A DNA stretch of 64,000 nt from Patescibacteria group bacterium. Lineage in GTDB: Bacteria > Patescibacteriota > Patescibacteriia > PEXW01. Where the stretch lies: contig JBBTVB010000001.1 of the NCBI GenBank assembly GCA_038063455.1, positions 13,719 to 77,718 on the forward strand, written 5' to 3'. The notes below the pieces were generated by a model, which searched no databases, was not told the DNA's origin, and saw only the letters and a program-made list of their open reading frames with translations. Positions 46,565 through 54,763 of the stretch are shown piece after piece; position 1 is the stretch's first letter, and each line of letters starts with the position of its first letter. The position numbers and the translations under genes are program-made.

Positions 46565-47077
46565 ATGACCCCGAAGAATATACAGCCCGAAGAGTACTCA
46601 ACGGGCAGTGTCACGGATGGCACCCTGCACATTACTGACGGCTCTCTCCTAGAGCTCAAGGGCAACCGGTACGTCGCGTACGCTGAACTCAACGACAACG
46701 GTCGCAACCTGAACCTCAACGACTTCGACAATCGCTGGAACAGGCAGTACCGTTTCCTCGCCGTCCGCAACTCCCTTTACGTGCACAACCTCACCCATCA
46801 AAAATGGTGGGGTTGTTTGTGGTTGTTTTTGCTATACTCTATGCATGCCCGATGCGCTTGCCAAAACTGCTACCCGGTTCATCCTTCGCGAATTTGTGGG
46901 GGATATTTTGCTGTTCCCGGTATGGTGGTTTGGCAAAGGCCTGCAACGCGTTGGCCAAGCGACTTGGGCGCGCCAAGTGCGGTTTACGAACCGCAGCCGC
47001 TGGAGCCCCAAAGTGTGGTTCCAGAATATTTTTGTGCCCATGTACGGCGACTACTCGCGCAGCGGCCGGGCGATTAG
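46565..47077 (+). pseudogene. truncated paralogue of the 45720 CDS lacking an in-frame stop before its terminator
   Basis: Codons 46565 to about 46770 encode MTPKNIQ...GSLLELKGNRYVAYAELNDNGRNLNLNDFDNRWNRQYRFLAVRN, highly similar at the DNA level to the 45720 CDS tail. The frame then runs through a terminator hairpin (46786-46830) and overlaps CDS 46845..47234. Confidence 0.45.
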
Positions 47078-47234
47078 TTTTTTCGTGCGCCTTGTGGTGG
47101 CCCTCGCGCTCTCCCTCGTCTTTATTATCTACACCCTCCTCGTCTGTACGAGCTTTGTGCTGTACCTGCTGCTGCCGCTAGGCGTGGTGTACTTTTTCTT
47201 GCGTCAACTCGTCGGCCTGCCTTGGCCAGTCTAA
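46845..47234 (+). CDS. hypothetical membrane protein (129 aa)
   Basis: TGcTATACT (46830-46838) lies 6 nt before the ATG. C-terminal TM helices. Precedes the clp-like gene by 3 nt. Confidence 0.7.
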   Translation: MPDALAKTATRFILREFVGDILLFPVWWFGKGLQRVGQATWARQVRFTNRSRWSPKVWFQNIFVPMYGDYSRSGRAISFFVRLVVALALSLVFIIYTLLVCTSFVLYLLLPLGVVYFFLRQLVGLPWPV

Positions 47235-47237
47235 GCA

Positions 47238-49970
47238 ATGGCAACCAAACCCATCCAACCTTTTGCTTTCATCACCTGCCCGGCGTGTGCGAACGCACCC
47301 GAAGGCTGCCCCGCGTGCAAGAACCGCCGCGCAACATTGTGGTTTTTGGGCCGACTGTTTGTGTGGGACAAAGCCATTGACCGGTGGACCATTGCCGAAG
47401 AGCGCATTCAACGCTTGCTGCATCGCGGTTTTAACATTGCGCTCGGCGTCTTCGGCATCCTGGGTATGTTTCTCCTCGTCTTGCAGGCGATGGACCAAAA
47501 CCTTATCGCTGACGTAGGTGCGGTCGTGCAATTCCTTGGTACGCGTTCGGTGCCGCACTTGGTCGTTGCGCTTGCCTTGGTCGGGGATCTCATTTTGGTC
47601 AGCCGGTTGTTGAAAGCCAGACAAGAACGCACGCTGGTGGTGCCCCGCGATAGCGAGCTCATGCGGGTTCCTGCCCCAACCCTTTCGTGGACCGACGTCA
47701 TGGCGAGCGAGGCGCGATTCCAAAATATTGCCCCGGCATTTTTGCAACCGGCCGAGCGAGCCATCGAAGGGGCGTGGACCTTAGCCGAGCGCATGCAGCA
47801 TGCCGACGTTGCGCCGCTCCACATTTTTGCTAGCCTCTTCGCCTTCCACGACACGCAAGTCGTGTTTGGCCGGCTCGGCATTCAAAGCAAACCCTTGAGC
47901 GAGCGGGTGACGCGCGCCCTGGTCACGTTGCCGAAGAGCGCCACCACCCCGCGGCTGGGGCAGGATGCGACGGTGGTAATTCTGCGGGCCTATTTGGAAG
48001 CCGCCCTGGAAGGCCGGCCCGTGGTGGATATTACGGAACTCCTCGTGGCGCTTGGGCACGACCCAGTGGTTGCAGATATTTTGGCTGACCTGGCAATTGA
48101 CGAGCAGAAACTTCGGAACGTCGTCGCCTGGATCGCTATTAGCCGGCGGATGTCGCGCAGCTACCAGCGCTGGCGCGGGCAGGCCCGGTACCGCGGCAAG
48201 GGCGGTATGAACCGGGCATTTACCGCCATTGCCACGCCGATGCTGGACCAGTACAGCCACGACCTCACCGAGCTGGCGCGCAGCGGCGCCCTGGCCCGCT
48301 GCATTGGCCGCGAGCGCGAGTTTGAAGAAATTTTCCGGGTGTTCGAAAGCGGCCGCTCTAACCCGCTGCTCGTTGGGCTACCCGGCGTGGGCAAGACGGC
48401 AATCGTCGACGGGCTGGCCTACCGCATGGTGGCGGATGACGTGCCGCCCGTGCTGCAAGATAAACGGTTGGTGAGCTTGTCCGTGGCCTCGCTTGTTGGT
48501 GCTGCCGGCCGGCAAGGCGAGTTAGAAGAACGCTTTACTATTATCCTCAACGAAGTCGTACGCTCGGGCAATATCCTGCTCTACATCGACAACATTCAAA
48601 ATCTCATGGGTCTTACGACCGAGGGCGGAAGCCGTTTGGACTTGGCCGAGATTCTGGCCCAGGCGTTGGGCCACCAGGCATTCTTGTGCATTGCTACCAC
48701 CAACCCCACAGACGAGCACCGCTACGTCGAGCGTTCGGGTTTAGCGTCTACCCTGCAACGCGTGCCTATTAACGAAGTCGATACCAATGGCGCCATTCAA
48801 ATTTTAGAAGGCAAAGTAGGTGCTGCAGAACACAAGCAGGAAGTGCTATTCAGCTACGATGCTATTGAGCGGGCGGTCACCTTGTCGCAACGCTACATCC
48901 ACGACCGGTACTTGCCCGAGAAAGCCGTCAGCCTGGCCGAAGAGGCAGCAGTGTACGTCCGCAAAACGCGCGGGAAGGGGAGTATTATTTCCGGTGAGGA
49001 CGTTGCCGCGATTGTTTCGGAGCGCACGAACGTGCCGGTGACGCAAGTGACCGAGGCTGAAACTGCAAAACTCCTGCACTTGGAGGAGCACATCCACGAG
49101 CGGGTCGTTGGCCAGGATGAAGCCGTCAAAGCCGTGTCCGCATCGTTGCGTCGCGCCCGTGCCGAACTGCGGGATGCCAAACGGCCAATTGCAAACTTCC
49201 TCTTTCTCGGCCCCACTGGCGTGGGCAAAACCGAGCTGGCCAAAGCCGTGGCCGAAGTGTACTTTGGCGACGAGCAGAGCATGATTCGGCTGGACATGTC
49301 CGAATACCAGGTGCAGTCGAGTCTGGGCCGGCTTATTGGCACGGCCGAAGGCGAGGGTGGCTTCCTCACCGAGGCAGTGCGCAAAAATCCGTTTACCATG
49401 CTGCTGCTGGACGAATTGGAAAAAGCCCACCCGGATATTCTCAACGTCTTCTTGCAGGTTATGGATGACGGGCGCCTGACCGATAGTACTGGCCGTACCG
49501 TTGACTTCACCAACGTCATTCTCATTGCTACGTCCAACGCTGGCACGCCAATTATTCAAGCGGGGATCGATGCCGGCGAACCACTGGAGCACATCAAGCA
49601 GCGTCTGGTTACCCAAGAGCTCGGTCAGCACTTTCGGCCCGAATTCCTCAACCGTTTCGACGGCATCATCGTCTTCACGCCGCTGGACTTTGAACAGGTT
49701 ATTGCCATTACCCGCCTAATGCTGGCGCAGCTAGCGAAGCTGCTTAAAGACAAGGGTGTGCAGTTGCAAGTGTCTGAAGCGGCAATAATTGAGTTGGCGC
49801 AAACGGGTTTTGATCCACAGTTTGGAGCGCGGCCGTTGCGCCGTGCATTGCAAGAGCACGTCGATAATGCGCTCGCTAATGCGCTGCTCACCGGTGAGCT
49901 TGCCCGGCGGGATATAGCCATATTGGAACCCGGCGGTAAGATTCGGGTGGAGAAGGCAAAGGCTGTGTAA
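47238..49970 (+). CDS. Clp/Hsp100-type double-AAA+ ATPase with N-terminal zinc ribbon and TM helices
   Basis: CPAC...CPAC followed by two hydrophobic helices and a Clp_N-like repeat. Walker A motifs GLPGVGKTAIV and GPTGVGKTELAKA. I saw no long M-domain and no IGF/L loop. Confidence 0.88.
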   Translation: MATKPIQPFAFITCPACANAPEGCPACKNRRATLWFLGRLFVWDKAIDRWTIAEERIQRLLHRGFNIALGVFGILGMFLLVLQAMDQNLIADVGAVVQFLGTRSVPHLVVALALVGDLILVSRLLKARQERTLVVPRDSELMRVPAPTLSWTDVMASEARFQNIAPAFLQPAERAIEGAWTLAERMQHADVAPLHIFASLFAFHDTQVVFGRLGIQSKPLSERVTRALVTLPKSATTPRLGQDATVVILRAYLEAALEGRPVVDITELLVALGHDPVVADILADLAIDEQKLRNVVAWIAISRRMSRSYQRWRGQARYRGKGGMNRAFTAIATPMLDQYSHDLTELARSGALARCIGREREFEEIFRVFESGRSNPLLVGLPGVGKTAIVDGLAYRMVADDVPPVLQDKRLVSLSVASLVGAAGRQGELEERFTIILNEVVRSGNILLYIDNIQNLMGLTTEGGSRLDLAEILAQALGHQAFLCIATTNPTDEHRYVERSGLASTLQRVPINEVDTNGAIQILEGKVGAAEHKQEVLFSYDAIERAVTLSQRYIHDRYLPEKAVSLAEEAAVYVRKTRGKGSIISGEDVAAIVSERTNVPVTQVTEAETAKLLHLEEHIHERVVGQDEAVKAVSASLRRARAELRDAKRPIANFLFLGPTGVGKTELAKAVAEVYFGDEQSMIRLDMSEYQVQSSLGRLIGTAEGEGGFLTEAVRKNPFTMLLLDELEKAHPDILNVFLQVMDDGRLTDSTGRTVDFTNVILIATSNAGTPIIQAGIDAGEPLEHIKQRLVTQELGQHFRPEFLNRFDGIIVFTPLDFEQVIAITRLMLAQLAKLLKDKGVQLQVSEAAIIELAQTGFDPQFGARPLRRALQEHVDNALANALLTGELARRDIAILEPGGKIRVEKAKAV

Positions 49971-50402
49971 TACGAAAAAAAATTCACCCACCCGCATTGC
50001 TGCAGGTGGGTGGTTGTGCATTGCACTGTCCAGCCAGACCCCGGAGTAGGAATTCGCCTCTGGTGCCTTGAAATGAGCAAGAAGGACACCATTCACTGAC
50101 CCTAATTAAAGGGGTGAGTTTTCACCAAGTCGAGTGCTCGGCCAGCGGCTAGTACGATGACGAGGCCCCTGCATCCGTAGACGCAGGGCTTTGCTGGAGC
50201 GGCGATTATAACAAACTCGATCTCCGTATTCGCACTTCAGTGCAATGCTGGAAAGGGCTGGAATGTGGACTTTACCGAGTCCCGCCGCGTGATGTCAAGA
50301 AGAGACCAGGGGTGTTGACCAACTACCCAAAAAAGCCTAAGCTTTTTTGCCAATACAAAAAACTCTTTAACAACCATACAGAAAGCGAGGCACACATTGT
50401 TG

Positions 50403-51536
50403 ATGCATATTGGCGGTTCGAAGCGTGTGCTGCAGTCGGCATGCGTTGGCGAAAAAGTGTACCGGTTTCATTGCCGCTTACTTTTTTCGAGCAGCATTGC
50501 GGTCGTTACCGACATCAGCTACCCAGATTTTTCTGGGGCGCTACTCATGCCGCGGTGGAGCGAAAAAGGCAAGCACAATTACGTAGTATATTCTGACATA
50601 TACGCATTGCACCGTGCATTGGCTCATGGACAAGATACGTACGAGCAATCCACACAGGGCGAAATACCCCGTATGGCCAAAGCACTTACAGCGGCAACGA
50701 TTTTGCAAGGTATACAATTGGGTGTCAACACGCAGAATGCCGGAGCCTATCAGGATGAGCTTCTCACTGCCGCCGCTACAGCGATAGATGCAATTGGCCC
50801 AAACGCACGCCTGGTGGGGAAGCGTGAAGCCCTGGATCAACTTGCGGCTATTGCAAAAGGTCGGGACAGTCGCGGCCGCGTAAACCCTACAGTGTTACTC
50901 ACGCGCCTCGCCGCAGTTATCCGGCGTGTCGATGCGCGAGAACAAGATGCCACCAATATCGATGGCGTGTTTGCTTTTCGTCGTCAGATAGTACGAACCA
51001 CTATTCAGCTATTAGAAACCCAAGTAGCAGTGGCAAGGAGTTTTCTGGCACAAGTGTTGGCAAATTGGCCGCAGATTGCGTCACACAAGCGTCACCTCAT
51101 TGCAGGGCACGTAGATGCGATGGCCGAAGTATTCCGGACAATAGACATTCAACCCTTTCGGACAAACTTTGCATTTGCCGCTATCGAATATAATTTTGCC
51201 GCCAGCGCATTACGTAATGGCAACCCTGACACAGCTAAAGTGTTTCTGCAGCGTTCGGCCGCGGGCTTTGCTTTACGTAGTCTGCGGGCAGAGCTGGAAC
51301 GTGCGTACTTTTCGATCAGTCGGGTTGTGCGTTTGCGACAACCATTAGACACGAGCGCTACCCTATTGGTGCTGTCAGATTGCACGCAGGAATTAGAAAA
51401 TCTGTACACCGACAACTTACGCCAGTTTGATAAGCCAGTTGTTTCGGCAGGTATCAAGCATGCAGCGCAGCACCTTAGAGATGCGAAGTTGCACGATGCG
51501 TACACCACATTGCAACAGGTTGTTCGGCTAGTCTAG
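50403..51536 (+). CDS. hypothetical all-helical protein; start uncertain (50403 or 50547)
   Basis: Long ORF in high-GC core-like sequence; no family recognised. Confidence 0.55.
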   Translation: MHIGGSKRVLQSACVGEKVYRFHCRLLFSSSIAVVTDISYPDFSGALLMPRWSEKGKHNYVVYSDIYALHRALAHGQDTYEQSTQGEIPRMAKALTAATILQGIQLGVNTQNAGAYQDELLTAAATAIDAIGPNARLVGKREALDQLAAIAKGRDSRGRVNPTVLLTRLAAVIRRVDAREQDATNIDGVFAFRRQIVRTTIQLLETQVAVARSFLAQVLANWPQIASHKRHLIAGHVDAMAEVFRTIDIQPFRTNFAFAAIEYNFAASALRNGNPDTAKVFLQRSAAGFALRSLRAELERAYFSISRVVRLRQPLDTSATLLVLSDCTQELENLYTDNLRQFDKPVVSAGIKHAAQHLRDAKLHDAYTTLQQVVRLV

Positions 51537-51597
51537 CATTGGCCTTGACCGGCTGCCATATGTACAGTACAGTGAGGTTCTTGCATTTGCTCTTTCG

Positions 51598-51678
51598 GGT
51601 GTGTAGTTCAGGGGTAGAACGCTGACAAACGATTGGTCCGGAGTCAGAGGTCGCTGGTTCGAAACCGGCCACACCCAT
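51598..51678 (+). tRNA. aberrant tRNA-Arg(CCG)-like gene with a 16-nt anticodon loop (9 extra nt), no encoded CCA
   Basis: GGGTGTG-TA-GTTC-AGGGGTA-GAAC-G-CTGAC-[AAACGATTGGTCCGGA]-GTCAG-AGGTC-GCTGG-TTCGAAA-CCGGC-CACACCC-A. The 3' part of the loop (TCCGGA), the stem and the variable loop resemble tRNA-Arg(CCG). Confidence 0.55.
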
Positions 51679-51684
51679 TGGTTT

Positions 51685-51714
51685 GGACGTCTCACATGAG
51701 GCGTCCGTTTTTTT
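51685..51714 (+). terminator. intrinsic terminator after the tRNA-like gene
   Basis: GGACGTCTC / GAGGCGTCC stem followed by GTTTTTTT. Confidence 0.8.
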
Positions 51715-51716
51715 AT

Positions 51717-51750
51717 AAAAAAAGAGTCCCAACTATAGAAGTTGGGACTC
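51717..51750 (-). terminator. intrinsic terminator (minus strand) with no annotated gene feeding it
   Basis: GAGTCCCAAC / GTTGGGACTC 10-bp stem, followed by T7 on the minus strand. Confidence 0.7.
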
Positions 51751-52097
51751 GTACGTACACCTGCTGATCGGCAGAGCTGGGGTATGCTCAACTCCTAGAG
51801 CCCACGTTCAGGCAACACAAGCGACTCGCTCACATTCGTGCGATTTTAGCCTGCCCGAGTACAGACTAAAAAAATGTGAGATTTCGGAGACCGACAGTAT
51901 CAGCAACCAAGAAATGGACGTAACGTGACTAGAGGTTCCCAATGAAAAAGCGTTAAGAACTCGGACCCACGGTGTACGTAATAGAAAGAACAAATTGCAT
52001 GGCCAGCCTACCTGATTATACGCACTATGTCAACGCTGCTGGGGTGCGCCCCGTAGTTCTTGTCCGAATGCCAAAATCCTCGTAGAGTATAGGCACT

Positions 52098-53408
52098 ATG
52101 CCTGTATCCATGGAAACTCTGGTTTCGTTTGCCAAGCGTCGCGGCTTTATTTTCCCCACTGCCGAAATCTACGGTGGTCTGGGCGGCTTTTGGGATTTTG
52201 GCCCTTTGGGTGTGGAACTCAAGAACAATATTAAGCGGGAATGGTGGAAGCGCTTCGTGCAGCAGCGCAACGATGTGGTTGGTTTGGATTCGTCGATTGT
52301 GACTAACCCGAAGGTTTTTGAAAAAAGCGGCCACCTGGTGAATTTTCACGACGCCCTGGTCGAATGTAAAAAATGCCACCAGCGTTTCAAAGCGGATGAC
52401 CTTGGGCAAGAATGTACGAATTGTGGCGGGAAAGAATTTACCAATCCTGCCAACTTTAACTTGATGTTTAAGACGTTCATCGGCTCGACCGAGGAAAGCG
52501 TCTCTACAGCCTACCTTCGCCCCGAAACCGCGCAGGGCATCTTCGTCAATTTTCAAAACGTCCAGCAGAGCATGCGACTCAAGCTGCCCTTTGGCATTGG
52601 CCAAATTGGCAAAGCTTTCCGCAACGAAATTACGCCCGGTAACTTTATCTTCCGCTCGCGCGAGTTCGAGCAAATGGAGCTGGAGTTTTTCTGCAAACCC
52701 GGCGAAGACGACCAGTGGTTTGATTACTGGCGCAAAGAAAGTATGCAGTGGTTCTTGGACTTGGGCATAAAAAAAGACCATATCCGTTTCACCGACCAGC
52801 CCAAGTCCGAGCTAGCACACTACTCCAAAGCCACCACCGATATTGAATATCATTTCCCCTTCGAAAAAGGTTGGAGTGAACTCATGGGCGTTGCCAACCG
52901 TACCGACTTTGACCTTAAAGCGCACGGTCAGGTTCTGCGTGACGAAGAAGCCAAAGGGGACATCATCCCATTCTGCATCGAACCATCAGCAGGCGTGGAC
53001 CGCGCGGCACTCGCTTTTCTTATTGATGCCTACGAAGAAGTAGAGGGCGGCCGCTCTACCACCACGGAAGCCACCAAAGAAAAAGAAGTTGTGCTACGGT
53101 TGCACAAATCTCTTGCACCGATTAAAGTCGCCATTTTGCCGCTATCTAAAAGAGAGCCACTCGCAACAAAGGCCAAAGAAGTGCAAGCACTCATCAACAA
53201 AGACTTCACCACTTGGTACGACGACACGCAGTCTATTGGCCGCCGCTACCGCCGCCAGGATGAAATTGGCACACCGTATTGCGTGACCATCGACTTTGAA
53301 ACCGTGGAAAAAGACAACGCCGTTACCGTCCGCGACCGCGACACCATGGCGCAGGAGCGGGTAGCAATTGCGGAATTGCCGGGTATGTTGAAAGAGCAGT
53401 TTGCCTAA
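52098..53408 (+). CDS. glyQS: glycine--tRNA ligase (dimeric GlyQS type)
   Basis: SFAKRRGFIFPTAEIYGGLGGFWDFGPLG, FRNEITPGNFIFRSREFEQMELEFF and an anticodon-binding tail. Confidence 0.95.
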   Translation: MPVSMETLVSFAKRRGFIFPTAEIYGGLGGFWDFGPLGVELKNNIKREWWKRFVQQRNDVVGLDSSIVTNPKVFEKSGHLVNFHDALVECKKCHQRFKADDLGQECTNCGGKEFTNPANFNLMFKTFIGSTEESVSTAYLRPETAQGIFVNFQNVQQSMRLKLPFGIGQIGKAFRNEITPGNFIFRSREFEQMELEFFCKPGEDDQWFDYWRKESMQWFLDLGIKKDHIRFTDQPKSELAHYSKATTDIEYHFPFEKGWSELMGVANRTDFDLKAHGQVLRDEEAKGDIIPFCIEPSAGVDRAALAFLIDAYEEVEGGRSTTTEATKEKEVVLRLHKSLAPIKVAILPLSKREPLATKAKEVQALINKDFTTWYDDTQSIGRRYRRQDEIGTPYCVTIDFETVEKDNAVTVRDRDTMAQERVAIAELPGMLKEQFA

Positions 53409-53410
53409 TT

Positions 53411-53503
53411 GTCATTGCGAGCCCCGCTACTGCGGGGCGAAGCAATCTTACGTTTCTTAGCGAAGGCAAGATTGCCGCGGTCGCTTCGCTCCCTCGCAAT
53501 GAC
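53411..53503. repeat. MITE-like element, copy B (GTCATTGCGAG ... CTCGCAATGAC)
   Basis: Perfect 11-bp terminal inverted repeat filling the glyQS-tatD spacer. Inner hairpin CCCCGC/GCGGGG. Confidence 0.7.
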
Positions 53504-53513
53504 AAGAGAAAAT

Positions 53514-54356
53514 ATGCTCATCGACACGCACTGCCACCTCAACTTCCAAGCCTACAAAGCTGACGTGGATGACGTTATCCAGCGCACGCTGGCCGCGGGC
53601 ATGCGGGTTATTAACGTGGGCACGCAACGCGACACCAGTAAAGCCGCGGTTGATTTAGCGCAGAAATATCCGGGTAAGCTTTTCGCCGCAGTCGCTATCC
53701 ACCCCGTGCACTTACACAGCCAGCATGTTGATGAAGAAGAATCCTCATTCAATACGCGGGAAGAGGACTTTGATCACGTATATTATTCTGACTTAGCTAG
53801 CCAGCCGGGCGTCATCGCCATAGGAGAATGCGGGCTGGATTATTTTCGTGCCCCGGATGGCGTGGATGAGCAAACCTACAAACACAAGCAGAAAGAGGTT
53901 TTTCTGCAGCACATCCAACTGGCCAAAGAAAAAGACTTGCCACTCATTTTGCACGTCCGGCCCAGCAAGGCCGAACCGCAAGGCGCGTACCTGGATGTGC
54001 TTAAGCTCTTACAGCAAGCCCAGTACACCCGTGGCGTCGTGCACTGCTACACTGGCGACTTGGAAACTGCCAAGAAGTTTTTGGCTGCCGGTTGCTTACT
54101 ATCTTTCACCGGCATCATTACCTTTCCCAACGCGAAAGAGCTTCTTGAGGTGGCGAAGTTTGTGCCACTCGATCGCGTGATGGTCGAGACCGACGCGCCC
54201 TATCTCACACCCCAGCAATTCCGCGGCAAGCGGAATGAGCCGCTCTTTGTGCAGTTTGTGGCGCAAAAAATTGCCGAAGCCAAGGGCGCCAACTACGAAC
54301 AGGTAGAGCAGCAGACCACAATTAACGCGGAAACTTTTTTTAGATTGCCAGCCTAA
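53514..54356 (+). CDS. tatD: TatD-family metal-dependent hydrolase/DNase
   Basis: MLIDTHCHLN..., GECGLDY, ILHVR, VHCYTG, ETDAPYL. The ORF-track N-extension is read-through of the MITE. Confidence 0.92.
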   Translation: MLIDTHCHLNFQAYKADVDDVIQRTLAAGMRVINVGTQRDTSKAAVDLAQKYPGKLFAAVAIHPVHLHSQHVDEEESSFNTREEDFDHVYYSDLASQPGVIAIGECGLDYFRAPDGVDEQTYKHKQKEVFLQHIQLAKEKDLPLILHVRPSKAEPQGAYLDVLKLLQQAQYTRGVVHCYTGDLETAKKFLAAGCLLSFTGIITFPNAKELLEVAKFVPLDRVMVETDAPYLTPQQFRGKRNEPLFVQFVAQKIAEAKGANYEQVEQQTTINAETFFRLPA

Positions 54357-54388
54357 AAAAACCGCGCTCTCCATATTGGAAAGCGCGG
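54355..54388. terminator. hairpin terminator shared by tatD and the convergent small ORF
   Basis: CCGCGCT / AGCGCGG stem. A7 on the plus strand gives a T-run on the minus strand. Confidence 0.65.
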
Positions 54389-54420
54389 ATCACATTTTGC
54401 TTTTTCGGCTAGGTATTTGA

Positions 54421-54624
54421 CTAGATAGTCGAGAGACCTTTGTTGCCGACTTTTGTGCGTGCAGTTTTGGTAAATTCCTTACCAACGCCTCCTGTGCAGT
54501 AGCCTGACCCCTTCCCATCTTGCTCAGCAATAGTTAAGAATCTTTTTGGCTTTCCATCCGGTCCTGTTGGCGGTGGGCTGTCCTGAAAATGTGTACCGGT
54601 AGGCAAGGTGGGTTTGTATGACAC
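54421..54624 (-). CDS. small Gly/Pro/Lys-rich hypothetical protein (67 aa, GTG start)
   Basis: On the minus strand: TTGACA-16-TATTCT promoter (about 54690-54721), AAAGGAG 10 nt before the GTG, and a terminator downstream. Confidence 0.5.
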   Translation of the reverse strand: MSYKPTLPTGTHFQDSPPPTGPDGKPKRFLTIAEQDGKGSGYCTGGVGKEFTKTARTKVGNKGLSTI

Positions 54625-54763
54625 TTTGAAAGAGCTCCTTTTTGCGCTTCCTTTGCGCAGTTTTTTGGGTTACGGTCTGTTTTCCGAAGTTGGTAGAATA
54701 TCAGAAAGTACCTATTTGTCAAGCAAACTTTCCACATTGAAGGCCCTAAGGTAGAATGCCCGC

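Noticed and set aside
49971-50402. A 430-bp non-coding gap after the clp-like gene was screened for SRP RNA, RNase P RNA or 6S RNA.
   Set aside because: I could not find the GGAAGCAGC/GNRA helix-8 signature, the GAGGAAAGTCC P4 motif, or other hallmarks. Only isolated hairpins are present (for example CACCCACC...GGTGGGTG as a likely terminator). It is left unannotated.
51990-52097. T-box leader upstream of glyQS.
   Set aside because: No T-box sequence (GGTGGTACCGCG-like) and no specifier-loop/terminator-antiterminator pair is visible.
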